From positions 164,858,001-164,922,000 of the forward strand of contig OX597817.1 in the NCBI GenBank assembly GCA_951406725.2: a DNA stretch of 64,000 bases, read 5' to 3'. A model generated the notes under the pieces. The model did no database searches, had not been told where the DNA came from, and worked only from the letters and a program-made list of their open reading frames with translations. The stretch is from Octopus vulgaris (taxonomy: Eukaryota). Below are positions 13,306-26,099 of this stretch, piece after piece. Position numbers and translations under genes: made by a program. Numbering within the stretch: the first letter of the stretch is position 1; each line of letters starts with the position of its first letter.

Positions 13306-13902
13306 TTGCATACTTTGTGATTCCATACTTTGTGATTTATCCGAAAATTTTAACCCAAAAAGTTTTCGAAAATTTCACCCAAAATATGTTGAAAAATTTT
13401 CACTGAATATTTTCCCCAAATATTTTTCGAAAATTTTCACCCAAAATGTTTTTGAAAATTTTCCCTCAAAATTTTCACCGATAATTTAATCCAAAAATTT
13501 TTCGAAAATTTTAACCGAAAATTTTACCCAAAAATTTTCCGAAAATTTTAAACAAATTGTTTTCGCAAATTTTCACCGAAAATTTTACCCAAAATTTTTC
13601 CGAAAATTTTAACCAAAAATTTTTCGAACTTTTCACCAAAAATTTTTCGAAAATTTACACCGAAAATTTTACCCGAAAATTTTACGGAAATTTTAAACAA
13701 ATTGTTTTCGCAAATTTTCACCGAAAATTTTACCCAAAATTTTTCCGAAAATTTTAACCAAAAATTTTTCGAACTTTTCACCAAAAATTTTTCGAAAATT
13801 CACACCGAAGATGTTACCCGAAAATTTTACGGAAATTGGCACCGCTGGCTTACCATACTTTGTGAATTGGGCACCGCTTTCTTTCCATACTTTGTGATTT
13901 TT
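13306..13902 (+). repeat. A-tract satellite with 32-bp units, plus orientation
   Basis: ttttcaccgaaaa-type units; ~145-bp tandem duplication at ~13540-13830. Confidence 0.9.
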
Positions 13903-15624
13903 ACCAGCGGTGCCAATTTCCGTAAAATTTTCGGGTGACATTTTCGGTGTAAATTTTCCAAAAATTTTGGTGAAATGTTCGAAAAATCTTTGGTGAAAAT
14001 TTTCGAAAACTTTTTGGGTAAAATATTCGGTGAAAATTTTCGAAATCTTTTTGGTTAAAATCTTCGGAAAAATTTTAGGGTGAAATTCTCGAAAACTTTT
14101 TTGGGTGAAAATTTCGAAAAATTTTTGAGTTAAATTTTCGGTGAAAATTTTCAGTGATAATTTTCGAAAACTGTTTACTTGATATTTTCGGTGAAAATTT
14201 TCGAAAAATTTTTGGGGAAAATTTTCACTGAAAATTTTCAAAAACATTTTGGGGTGAAAAGTTCGAAAAAGTTTTGGGTAAAATATTCGAAAACTTTTTG
14301 GTTAAAATTTTCGAAAAATTTTTGGCTTAAATTTTCGGTGAACATTTTCAGTGAAAATTTTCGAAAACATTTTACTTAATATTTTGGGTGAACATTTTCG
14401 AAAAATTTTTGGGGAAAATATTCAGTGAAAAGTTTTCAAAACATTTTGGGTGAAATTTTCGAAAACTTTTTGGGTTAAAATTTTCGGATGAATCACAAAT
14501 TATGGAAGGCCAGTAGTGCCAATTTCCTAAAAATTTTCGGTGAAAATTTTCGAAAAATTTTTGGTGAAAAGGTCGAAAAATTTTTGGGTAAAATTTTCGG
14601 AAACTTTTTACTTGATATTTTCGGTGAAAATTTTAAAAATATTTTTTGGGAAAATCTTCAGTGAAAATTTTTGAAAACTTTTTAGGTGAAATTTTCGGTA
14701 AATTTTTGGGTAATCTTTTCGGTGAAAATTTTCGAAAACTTTTTGGTTGAAATTTTCGGAAAATTTTTGGGTAAAATTTTCGGTGAAAATTTTCACTAAA
14801 TTTTCGCAAAATTTTTGTGTAAAATTTTCGGTGAAAATTTTCGCAAAATTTTTGGGTAAAATTTCCGATGAAAATATTCGGAAAAATTTTGGGTAAAATC
14901 TTCGGTGAAAATCTTCGGAAAATTTTTTGTGGAAAATTTTGATTGAAAATTTTAGGAAAATTTGAGGAAAATTTTCAGTGAAAATTTTCGAAAAATTTTC
15001 TGGGTAAATCTTCGGTGAATACTTTCGAAAAAGTTTAGAAGGCAAGCGTCGCCAAAATCACAAAGTATGGAAGGCCAGCGGTGCCAAAAGCACAAAGTAT
15101 GGAAGGCCAGCGCTGCCAAAATCAGAATGTATGGAAGGCCAGCGGTGAAATTCGAAAATTTTTGATGAAAAGTTCGAACAATTTTTGGGTAAAATTTTCG
15201 AAAACTTTTTGGGTAAAATTTTCGGTTAACATTTTTGACAAATTTTTGGAGAATATTGTCGGTAAAAATTTTCGAAAACTTTATGGGAAAAATTTTGGGT
15301 AAAAATTTTAGGGCAAATCACGAAGTATGGAAGGCCAGCAGTGCCAATTTCCTAAAAATTTTGGGTAACATATTCGGTGAAAATTTTCGAAAAATTTTTG
15401 GTGAAAAGGTCGAAAAATTTTTGGGTAAAATTTTCGAAAACTTTTTGGGTAAAATTTTCAGTGAACATTTTCGACAAATTTTTGTAGAATATTTTCGGTG
15501 AAAATTTTCGACAATTTTTTGGGTAAAAAAGTCTCTCCACAGTGAATTTATATATATATATGTAAATTTATATATATATGTATATATATATATATACACA
15601 GTGTTAAAAAGTCTCTCCGCAGTG

Positions 15625-15677
<53 letters not shown>

Positions 15678-17532
15678 GTGATTAAAAATTTTTGTGTTTA
15701 TTTTTCGGTGAAAATTTTCAGTCAAAATTTTCGAAAACCTTTTACTTGATATTTTCGGTGAAAATTTTCAGTGAAAAATTTACGAAAACTTGATATTTTC
15801 GGTGAAAATTTTCGAAAAATTTTTGGGCAAAATATTCAGTGAAAATTTTCGAACACTTTTTGGTGAAGATTTTCGAAAACTTTTTGGGTAATATTTTCGG
15901 TGAACATTTTCCAAAAATTTTTGGAGAATATTTTCGATGAAAATTTTCAAAAACTCTGGGTGAAATTTTCGAAAAAATTTATGGCTAAAATTTTTGGGTT
16001 AAGTTTTCGGTGAAAATTTTCGAAAAAGTTTTAAAAATTGCGGTGAAAATTTTTTTGTAAAATTCGCTGAGAAAATTTTACAAAAATTTTTTTTTAATTT
16101 CCTGGAAAATTTTTTGGTAAATTTTGGGGTAAAATTATCGGTAAAAATTTTCGAAAACTTTTTGGTTAAAATTTTAGGACAATATTAGGGAAAAATTTTC
16201 GAAAATTTTCGAAAACTTTTTGGGTAAAATTTTCGGTGAACATTTTTGACAAATTTTTGGAGAATATTTTCGGTGAAAATTTTCGAAAACTTTTTGGGTG
16301 AAAAAGTCTCTCAGTGATTTTATATATATTGTTATGGGTTTGGCTAGTGCAGTGTTTGTTGGTGACCCACTTTGTGAATGATGGTGCCGGCAGGACTGGA
16401 AGAAAAGAGACAGCCCTTTGTTTACTGGGAGATTAATGGGGTTTTGGAGGGACCTCTTTGACCTTGTGCGGTCGATTAGGGGTCAGAGAGAGATGTGAGG
16501 AAGAATCTAGCAGTAGTGAGATTAAGATAGAGTAAGGGCTTAGAGCAGATAGAGAGGATATTAGCAGTGAGAGAGGATGAGGGGGCAGAGAAGGACAGGC
16601 AGAGAGTATGGCAGAGCTGTCATGAGAGGGTAGCAGCAGCGGGCGATAAAGATAAGCAGTTAGGGACCAGGGCAGATAGAGAGGCTATAAGCAGTAGGGA
16701 CAGATGGAGATTAGGGTAGTGGGAAGGAGAGAGAGCAAGTGAGGTTTTGGGTAGTTGGTAGTCGGTCGTCGAAGAGCACAGACGGATCTTGGAAGTCGGC
16801 AAGGAGTTGGAATTTTAGGAGCAAGCGATTGGGAGGCGAGAGCTGGCGAGCTGGAGTTAGCAGTATTGAGAGAGAGATGGAGTGCAGGATGGGACACTGG
16901 CTTTTCAGTTAGAAATTAAGGTATTTGATTATGTATTGATACGTGTTACGATGTAAAAGAAAAGAAGAGAAAGAAGAGAGAAAAAGAAGGACTCTGATGT
17001 AGACGATAATGAACTTTGAATTGTAACGTGAATTGTTGTGATACGAACATTGTATAATGCATCGAAGTGTTCTGATTGGACTGTGACGTATCGTGAACAT
17101 TATTTGATCTGAACTTGTTTGTGTATGAACACTGTTATATTGTTACATGCATGTTTAAATGCTTTGATCTGTTGTATGATGTATTGATTTGTTGTTTCCC
17201 TTAAATGCGTTGATGTATCTTGATGTGTAACAATTGATTGTCATATAAACTGTTGTTGAATGTAAGCCAGCAGTTGTTGCCGTTTTGCCTCATTGCGTCT
17301 CTCTCGATTGCCTCTGGGCTGCTGCTGTTGTTGTTGTTGTTGTGTATATCTCCTCTCTCTCCTCTCTCCGACGAGTTTCCGTAGCTTATTCGCTGCATCG
17401 AACGGGCCTGTGTGAGGATTTCCGTAACAGTTCGAATCGGAGGTCCCACCCTGTCGTAACAATATATATGTAAATTTATATATATATATGTATATATATA
17501 TATACACAGTGTTCAAAATTCTCTCCACAGTG

Positions 17533-17573
<41 letters not shown>

Positions 17574-17652
17574 GTGTTCAAAAGTCTCTCCACAGTTAAT
17601 TTTATAAAGATATATATACACAGTGTTAAAAAAGTCTCTCCGCAGTGAATTT

Positions 17653-17691
<39 letters not shown>

Positions 17692-20545
17692 TGATTAAAA
17701 ATATTTGGATTAAATTTTCGGTGAAAATTTTCAGTGAAAATTTTCAAAAACTTTTTACTTGATATTTTCGGTAAAAATTTCGAAAAATTTTTGGAGAAAA
17801 TATTCAGTAAAAATTTTCGAAAACTTTTTGGTTAAAATTTTCGGAAAATTTTTGGGTAAAATTTTCGGTGAAAATTTTCTAAAACTTTGGAGATTTTCGA
17901 AAAAATTAATGGGAAAAATTTTGGGGTTAAAGTTTTCGGTGAAAATTTTCGAAAACTTTTTACTTGATATTTTCGGTAAAAATTTTCGAAAGATTTTTGA
18001 AAAATTTCGGTGAAAATTTTTGTGTAAAATTTGCAGTGAAAATTCTACAAATATTTTTGAAAAATTTCGGTGAAAATTTTTTGGTAAAATTTTCTACAAA
18101 TTTTGGAGGGAAATTTTCGAAAAAGTATGGAAGGCCAGCGGTGCCAAAATCTCAAAGTATGGAAGGCCAGCGGTGCCAAAATCAGAAAGTGTGGAAGGCC
18201 AGCGGTGAAAATTTTCGAAAAACTTTTGGTGAAAAGTTCGAAAAATTTTTGGGTAAAATTTTCGCAAAATTTTTATGGAAGACCAGTGGTTCCAAAATCG
18301 CAAAATATGGAAGGCAAGTGGTGCCAAAATCACATAGTATGGAAAGCCATGGTGCCAATTTCCGAAAAGTTTCCGGGAAATATTTTCGAAAAATTTTTGG
18401 TGAAATGTTCGAAAAATTTTTGGGTAAAATTTTCGGTGAAAATTTTCCAAAAAGTTTTGGCGAAAATATTCAGTGAAAATTTTGGAAAACTTTTTGGGTG
18501 AAATTATCGAAACCTTTTTGTGTAAAATTTTTGGGGAAAATTTTCTATAAATTTTGGGGCAAAATTTTGTGTGAACATTTTCGAAAACTTTTTGGGTAAA
18601 ATTTTCGGTGAAAATTGTTGAAAACTTTTTGTGTGAAACTTTCCAAAAATTTATGGAAAAAATTTTTGGGTAAAATTTTCGGTGAAAATTTTCAGTGAAA
18701 ATTTTCGGAATCTTTTTACTTGATATTTTCGGTGAGAATTTTCGAAATATTTTTGGGGAAAATCTTCAGTGAAAATTTTTGAAATCTTTTTAGGTGAAAT
18801 TTTCGGTAAATTTTTGGGTAATCTTTTTGGTGAAAATTTTCGAAAACTTTTTAGTTGAAATTTTCGGAAAATTTTTGGGTAAAATTTTCGGTGAAAATTT
18901 TCACTAAATTTTCGGTGAAGATTTTCGCAAAATTTTTGGGTAAAATTTTCGGTGAAAATTTTTGCAAAATTTTTGGGTAAAATTTCCGTTGAAAATATTC
19001 GGAAAATTTTTTGTGGAAAATTTTGATTGAAAACTTTCGGAAAATTTTTGAGTAAAATTTTCAGTGAAAATTTTCGAAAAATGTTTGATGAAAAGTTCTA
19101 AAAATTTTGGGGTAAAATTTTCGGTGAAAAGTTTCGAAAACTTTTTGGGTAAAATTTTCGGTGAACATTTTTGACAAATTTTTGGAGAATATTTTCGGTG
19201 AAAATTTTCAAAAAATTTTGGGTGAAATTTTCGAAAAATTTATGGAAAACATTTTTGCGTAAAATTTTCGGTGAAAATTTTCAGTGAAAATTTTCGGAAT
19301 CTTTTTACTTAATATTTTCGGTGAAAATTTTTGAAATATTTTTGGGGAAAATCTTCAGTGAAAATTTTTGAAATCTTTTTAGGTGAAATTTTCGGTAAAT
19401 TTTTGGGTAATCTTTTCGGTGAAAATTTTCGAAAACTTTTTAGTTGAAATTTTCGGAAAATTTTTGGGTAATCTTTTCGGTGAAAATTTTCGAAAACTTT
19501 TTAGTTGAAATTTTCGGAAAATTTTTGGGTAAAATTTTCGGTGAAAATTTTCACTAAATTTTCGGTGAAGATTTTCGCAAAATTTTTGGGTAAAATTTTC
19601 GGTGAAAATTTTTGCAAAATTTTTGGGTAAAATTTCCGTTGAAAATATTCGGAAAATTTTTTGTGGAAAATTTTGATTGAAAACTTTCGGAAAATTTTTG
19701 AGTAAAATTTTCAGTGAAAATTTTCGAAAAATGTTTGATGAAAAGTTCGAAAAATTTTGGGGTAAAATTTTCGGTGAAAAGTTTCGAAAACTTTTTGGGT
19801 AAAATTTTCGGTGAACATTTTTGACAAATCTTTGGAAAATATTTTCGGTGAAAATTTTCAAAAAATTTTGGGTGAAATTTTCGAAAAATTTCTGGGAAAA
19901 ATTTTTGGGTCAAATTTTGAGTGAAAATTTTACAAAAATTTTTGAAAAATTTCGATGAAAATTTTTTGAAAATTTTTCGATAAAATTTTCTATAAATTTT
20001 TGGGGTAAATTTTTGAATAATTTTTTACGAAAATCTTCGGTGAAAACTTTCGAAAAAGTATGGAAGGCCAGCGGTGCCAAAATCACAAAGTACGGATGGC
20101 CAGTGGTGCAAAAATCACAAAGTATGGAAAGACAGCGGTGCCCAAATCACAAAGTATGGAAAGCCAGCGGTGCCAATTTCCGTAAAATTTTCGGGTAACA
20201 TTTTCGGTGTAAATTTTTGAAAACTCTTTGGTGAAATGTTCGAAAACTTTTTGGTTAAAATTTTCGGAAAATTTTTGGGTAAAATTTTCGGTGAAAATTG
20301 AGAGATAGTGGTAACTAACTACAAAATGAGATCGCAAAGAGAAAAATAACTGCAGCTCAACTATCTACGCGGTTGAGAGAACAACAGCAACAGGTGGAGG
20401 CGCAATGGGTAAAATTTTCGAAAATTTTTTAGGTGAAATTTTCGGTAAATTTTTGGCTAAAGTTTTCGGTGAAAATTTTCGAAAACTTTTTGTTTAAAAT
20501 TTTTGGAAAATTTTTGGGTAAAATTTTCGAAAACCTTTTGGTTAA
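13903..20545 (-). repeat. A-tract satellite, minus orientation (hosts LTR copy 2)
   Basis: ttttcggtgaaaa-type units; ~590-bp higher-order duplication around 18700-19900. Confidence 0.93.
16330..17461. mobile_element. Solo LTR, copy 2 (inverted relative to copy 1)
   Basis: Reverse complement of 4490-5614 with scattered substitutions and a ~10-bp indel; TGTTA...TAACA ends; the same flanks as copy 1. Confidence 0.82.
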
Positions 20546-20744
20546 AACCGAAAACTTTACCCAAAAACTTACCGAAAATTTCACCTAAAAAGTTTTCGAA
20601 AATTTTCACCGAAAATTTTACCGAAAATTTTACCCATTGCGCCTCCACCTATTGCTGTTGTTCTCTCAACCGCATAGATAGTTGAGCTGCAGTTATTTTT
20701 CTCTTTGCGATCTCATTTTGTAGTTAGTTACCACTATCTCTCAA
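20298..20744. repeat. Fold-back inverted repeat spanning the satellite/unique boundary
   Basis: ~110 bp of unique sequence at 20298-20410 is the reverse complement of 20632-20744 (2 mismatches seen); the enclosed satellite also flips near 20545. Confidence 0.93.
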
Positions 20745-20800
20745 GCTATAGTTACGTCCATGAACTTTAACAAACAACAAGTGGTATCTCAAAACAGAGG

Positions 20801-21035
20801 GTGGCGAGCTGGCGAAACGTTAGTACGCCGGGCGAAATGCGTAGCCGTATTTCGTCTGCCGTTACGTTCTGAGTTAAAATTCCGCCGAGGGCGACTTTGC
20901 CTTTCATCCTTTCGGGGCCGATTGAAAATAAGTATCAGTTACGCACTAGGGTCGATGTAATCGACTTAATCCCTTTGTCTGTCCTTGTTTGTCCCCTCTG
21001 TGTTTAGCCCCTTGTGGGTAGTAAAGAAATAGGTA
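20801..21035 (+). mobile_element. tRNA-derived SINE family A
   Basis: Head ggcgagctggc..., B-box-like gagtt(c/a)aaattcc, tail agccccttgtgggtagtaaagaaatagg; many copies in the window. Confidence 0.88.
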
Positions 21036-21489
21036 TCCCAATACAGTCAATTTCTTAAACGTTAACATTTTATAATAACAACAAAAAATTCCAGGCTTAC
21101 ATTTAACCAAACGCCTCGATTTTTTTTTTACATAAACGCATTAATTTAAACCACCCATCATTTGCTTTTAGAAATATACCCCACAATTTGAGAAAAACGA
21201 ATAACTACAATCTTTTCTGAGCAATTATCATTCAGCTGAGTAGGAAATGCAGGTAATAACACACGGGTATGTAGTAGATTCAAAGAATTTCTGGAATATC
21301 ATGCTAATAGTTAGTATGGTATATGCTCTAGGATTTTAACTACCACTGCGCTCGCAAATTGATTAAATAAATTTAATTAAGTTCTACTAGATACACGAGA
21401 CAGCTGTAGATGTCCATCATATTCATTAAATAATCTAACCACATGACTACTCAGACTATCAGATGTTGTTACATATTGCCAGTCACAAT

Positions 21490-21672
21490 GCGCTTTGCAT
21501 CGTTTTAGCCTTCGCATGACGCCACCCCGCTGGCTAGGCGAGAAGGTCAACAATCCCTCACGGGGAGCAAGTGTTTTGCTCAAGAACACAAGGCGCCGCC
21601 CGGTCGGAGAATCGAATCCACAATCTAGCGATCGTGAGTGCAACAACCTAACTGCCAGGCCACGTGCTTTCA
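21490..21672 (-). mobile_element. Diverged tRNA-derived SINE (family C/D head)
   Basis: Minus strand reads gcacgtggcctggcagttagg...ggattcgattctccgaccggg...tgttcttgagcaaaacac, matching the head at 29518. Confidence 0.7.
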
Positions 21673-21790
21673 TTCGGTAAACTAACAGCGTTACTAATTT
21701 GTTAATCTTAATCAGCATTCCAATAATAATTACCTAGTTATTTTATGAACGCAGTAATGACTAAAAGTATTTTGGTATCACCCACCCTAG

Positions 21791-22209
21791 CTTTTACTCT
21801 TTTACACTTTTACTTGTTTCAGTCATTTGACTGTGGCCATGCTGGAGCACGGCCTTTAGTCGAGCAAATCGACCCCAGAACTTATTCTTTGGAAACCTAG
21901 TACTTATTCTATCGGTCTCTTTTGCCGAACCGCTGAGTTACGGGACGTATACACACCAGCATCGGTTGTCAAGCGATGCTGGGGGAACAAACATACACAC
22001 ACAAACGCGCACGCACGCACACACACACACACATACACATATATATACATATATACGACAGGCTTCTTTCAGTTTCCGTCTACCAAATCCACCTACAAGG
22101 CTTTGGTCGGCCCGAGGCTATAGTAGAAGACACTTGCACAAGGTGCCACGGAGTGGAAATGAACCCGGAACCATGCGGTTCATAAGCAAGCTACTTACTA
22201 CACAGCCAC
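21791..22209 (-). mobile_element. SINE family B (~410 bp, internal TA/CA microsatellite; probably one of the described octopus OK/OR families)
   Basis: Head gtggctgtgtagtaagtagcttgc...ggttccgggttca, tail gctccagcatggccacagtcaaatgactgaaacaagtaaaag; more than 8 copies in the window. Confidence 0.9.
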
Positions 22210-22523
22210 GAAATGCAATCACTACAGGCACGTTGGTACTTTACATACAGAACAATTGAAAATGTACCTAATATTCACGTCAGTTTAGTAGATACGCATA
22301 TGGGAAGCTTAACAACAGTTGTTATAAATGCAATCCCACAGTGTCTATAAAATACAGATTATTCAATAGCTGATGAAAATCAATAAATTTTCATCATCAT
22401 CCCTTTGTTACTCTTCTCAGTGAGGTCATGTAGTAAATGTGAGAGACGACTGCAACTGTGTTATGTAACTAAAACAATTTATTTAATTAATTTACGAACG
22501 TAGTAATAGGTAATAATCCATAA

Positions 22524-22916
22524 TCTTTCTCTATATAAAGCTGAAGTTGTCTGTGTATGGCAGGTTTGGCAGCCTTCAACTAACACTATCTCCTCCGAGA
22601 CCCTGCGACACAAGTTGACCAAAATTGAGAGTATGATAGAAGAAGGCTTGCTCCTCATTCCGTAGAAGAAAAAAATTCAAATCGGACCATGTTAACGCCA
22701 AAAATTATTTACATCAAAAAGGTGCTTTTTTTCTATGAAAATCCCTATTTTTTACGATTTTTTGACTGCTGTGTCACCATTTTTCGGTGTATTTCAGCCA
22801 GAAAAATGTTCGCTTAAAGAGAATAACAAGCTACATAATTCAAAATTTTTACTTTTCAAAAATTCCAATTTTAAAGGGTCGAAACAAACCCGAGCAACGC
22901 CGGGCGATACTGCTAG
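22524..22916 (+). mobile_element. Non-autonomous Helitron
   Basis: 5' TC, 3' CTAG preceded by the GC hairpin cccgagcaacgccggg, sits between A and T, no TSD. Confidence 0.8.
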
Positions 22917-23572
22917 TAAGTTTTATTATGAAAAGTTAATGCTGTCTCGTCAGTAAATTACATTAAATATCATAAACACACGCAATCCAAATTTTAGGAG
23001 GGATAACAAACGGATCACTACGTAGTACAATGTTAGAATTTGCTAAATCCAAAAGTTAATGGGTTTCTATGAAACAGACGACGGTCCTTGGAACAGTCAT
23101 TCTCCAGATGTCTGAGATTAGCTCTGCAGTACCCTCCTTTTGCCATTTCATTAGCTGATTTAATGTACTGTAAATCTGCGTTTAATACAGCTGTGTTTAA
23201 TTAACAAACCCGTTGCATTGATAAAGGCTATATATTAATAATACCGTAACATGTACATACTTGTATTTCATTTAATCAGTTAACATTTATTTAATTTAGG
23301 CTTCAAATTCCTATCAGTGCTTGGCACTTTAGAGACGGGAGAGAAATATATTCAGGTGCACCGAGGTGTCTTATGGAATTAATAAGTGCACTCTTGAGAA
23401 ATTGACAACCCTGAAAGCCTTTTGGTTCCAGAAAATCGTTGGTGTATGTGTAATAGTTATTGATATTTGTAGCCCCTAAGGCAGTGAGGTGTCAGAATTC
23501 TCGGCGTGCAGGACAAAATGCTTAGCGACGTTTCGCCCGTCTTTACGTTATATAACACTTCCAATCAATTAA

Positions 23573-23573
23573 G

Positions 23574-23667
<94 letters not shown>
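23573..23667. repeat. (TTA)n microsatellite
   Basis: Direct observation. Confidence 0.98.
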
Positions 23668-23995
23668 GGTCTGCGAACTAGCAGAATCGTTAGCAGGCCG
23701 GGCGAAATGCTTAGCGGTATTTCGTCTGCCGCAAGGCGGCGAGCTGGTAGAAACGTTACCACGCCGGGCGAACTGCTTAGGGGTATTTCGTCAGCCGCTG
23801 CGTTCTGAGTTCAAATTCCGCCGAGGTCGTCTTTGCGTTTCATCCTTTCGGGGTCGATAAATTAAGTACAAGTTACGCACTGGGGTCGATGTAATCGACT
23901 TAATCCGTTTGTCTGTCCTTGTTTGTCCTCTCTGTGTTTAGCCCCTTGTGGGTAATAAAGAAATAGGTATTTCGTCTGCAACTACGTTCTGAGTT
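23668..23995 (+). mobile_element. SINE family A compound: partial head + full copy + start of a further unit
   Basis: Head repeated at ~23675 and ~23735; the tail aaatagg runs directly into internal tatttcgtctgc; followed by (TTC)n(TTA)n(GTA)n. Confidence 0.87.
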
Positions 23996-24019
23996 CTTCT
24001 TCTTCTTCTTCTTCTTCTT

Positions 24020-24050
<31 letters not shown>

Positions 24051-24507
24051 TTATTATTATTATTATTAGTAGTAGTAGTAATAGTAGTAATAGTAGTAGT
24101 AGTAGTAGTAGTGGAAGATGTTTTTGAAATTCTTTATTAATTTTGAAATCGCTGCTGACTAACATAAATTGTCATCGCATTCTATTTCGATTAAAAAAAA
24201 TAAAATGGTAAAGTAGTGTCCCTTGAGTAGAAATTCTCTCCCTTAAACAAAGACGTTATTTCCCTTGGACTGATATTCCAGCTCATTTCAAAACATGTGA
24301 AATTCTTTACATAGCTAAGTGAGTAGACAATGTTTTATTTTAATGGTGTCTTCGTATCTTCAGCCAAGATGATACCGGACGGCGTGTCCCAGATTTATGA
24401 AAATAAAATCCGTCTAAATTAAGCTTCAGAGAATCCATGCTAATACTTTAGCTTCTTGGAAAACATGTTATCTTAATAATGATTATACAAATATGGCAAA
24501 CAATTAT

Positions 24508-24735
24508 CTTTTACTTGTTTCAGTCAGTGAACTGCGGCCATGCTGGGGCAGCGCCCTGAAAGATTTTAATTGAACAATTGACCTCAGTACTTGTTTTCTT
24601 TTTAGAGGTTGGGGGACGGGGACTTGTGTTGGTCTGTTGCAAGGACATAAACACACTGACAGCGGTTGTCAAGCGGGGGGTGGGGGTGCATACACACACA
24701 CACACACACATATAGACACACGCACACACACATAT
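24508..24735 (-). mobile_element. SINE family B, diverged 3' half
   Basis: ttacttgtttcagtca...actgcggccatgctggggca...cggttgtcaagcg followed by (CA)n. Confidence 0.75.
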
Positions 24736-25010
24736 CTACTAAACCACCCTCAAACCACCCTACTGCTTACAGAGAAAAAGAAAGAAATATTAAAAAGTGC
24801 ATGATAAGAATGGCGTGATTGCTACCGATTGGCCCCTTTTGGTTACTGGTTAGCTTTCTCGCACATGACTCGGGATCTGAACTAAACCCCGTAGTAATAA
24901 ACCATGGATAACAAGACTAAAAACGATGAAATGTAAAGAATAGGTAATCCTCTTGTCATTTTGTGATTCATAATGAAGATTTAGAGGAAGCCAGAAGTTG
25001 CTAGAGAATA

Positions 25011-25525
25011 CCGTAAATCTTCGAGTATAGTCCGCCCTTGAGTATAATGCGCAAGGGATTTTTAGGGGGCTGTACTTCTGAAAAACCTAAACCTTGTGTA
25101 TAATACGCACCCTTTCTCTAACTTGAGTCAAGGAGGTCTATATAACGTCCTTGGTTTGTAAAAATGTAGACGATAACGTCCTATATTATTATTGTATATA
25201 TAACATAATGCAAAAGTATAGCTTTTTTTGTGCATTTTCTTTGCAGAAAATAAAGAAATAACATTAATAACGTTTAATAAATGTTGCTTACTGAAAGTTA
25301 TGGCTGATTCTTTTATGACTTCATTGCTTTCAGGCTTAGCTTCAGGTATTTTCGTGCCCGACATCACAAAATGCATCTGAATAGAAATTGCCGGACAGCA
25401 AATAGAGACTCGGACATTGCTTAGAAAATAATTTTTCCTTTTTAACCTCGTATATAGTACGCACTAGGGATTTTGACCTTTAAATTTTGGGGGAAAAAAT
25501 GCGGATTTTACTCGAGGATTTGCGG
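25011..25525. mobile_element. pogo/Tc2-type MITE, copy 1
   Basis: TIRs CCGTAAATCTTCGAGTA / TACTCGAGGATTTGCGG with TA on both sides; no ORF. Confidence 0.85.
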
Positions 25526-26099
25526 TATTTGAGAAGCACACATAACAGGACCGCGGTTTTGTACTTAACAACTGAGAAGAACGATGTCAGGGTTAAAGAC
25601 GACGTACAGGACTGGGGTCAAAGTTATATTAACGCGAACTCTATCTCTGCGGAGCAGCTGTAGTAGTAAAGGTGGAAAATAATGAATGTAGAAAAGCTAA
25701 ACTGACAAGACTCTCTCTCTCTATCTCTCTCTCTCTCGCTCATACACACACGCAAACACCCCCTCCTCTCTCTGTAAGAGGTTGAAAGGCTTTGGTGTGA
25801 GATAGAGCATCAATAAGTCGGAAGGTTTTCTTGATATAACCCTAGGATTATTTTAAATCTTACTCTAAGACTTATTGTCTTAAACGTATTTGAACTGATC
25901 TAAACGTTTGTTTACTCATAGCACAGCTCCCATGAGCCTACTATCATATAATACATAAAAGTTTATCAAAATGTTGACGATAATATCTTAGAAAAGTCCT
26001 GGGCCACGTCTCATCGGCGAGAGTAACGAACCGCATAACCCTTGTCGATTTCTAGCAATGTATTTCTTGGAAACGATATACTTATAACTATATCCTTTA

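Noticed and set aside
145-13326. Dozens of MPTEIKEECRQRSKRNADRDQRG-repeat ORFs up to 369 aa
   Set aside because: Translations of a 23-bp satellite that is open in all three frames of one strand; no unique domain or gene structure
4490-17461. One full-length LTR retrotransposon or DIRS element bounded by the two LTRs
   Set aside because: The LTRs are inverted, share identical flanks and enclose only satellite, with no gag, pol or recombinase
1-20744. Telomere or subtelomere
   Set aside because: No TTAGGG array is present; chromosomal position cannot be inferred from the window
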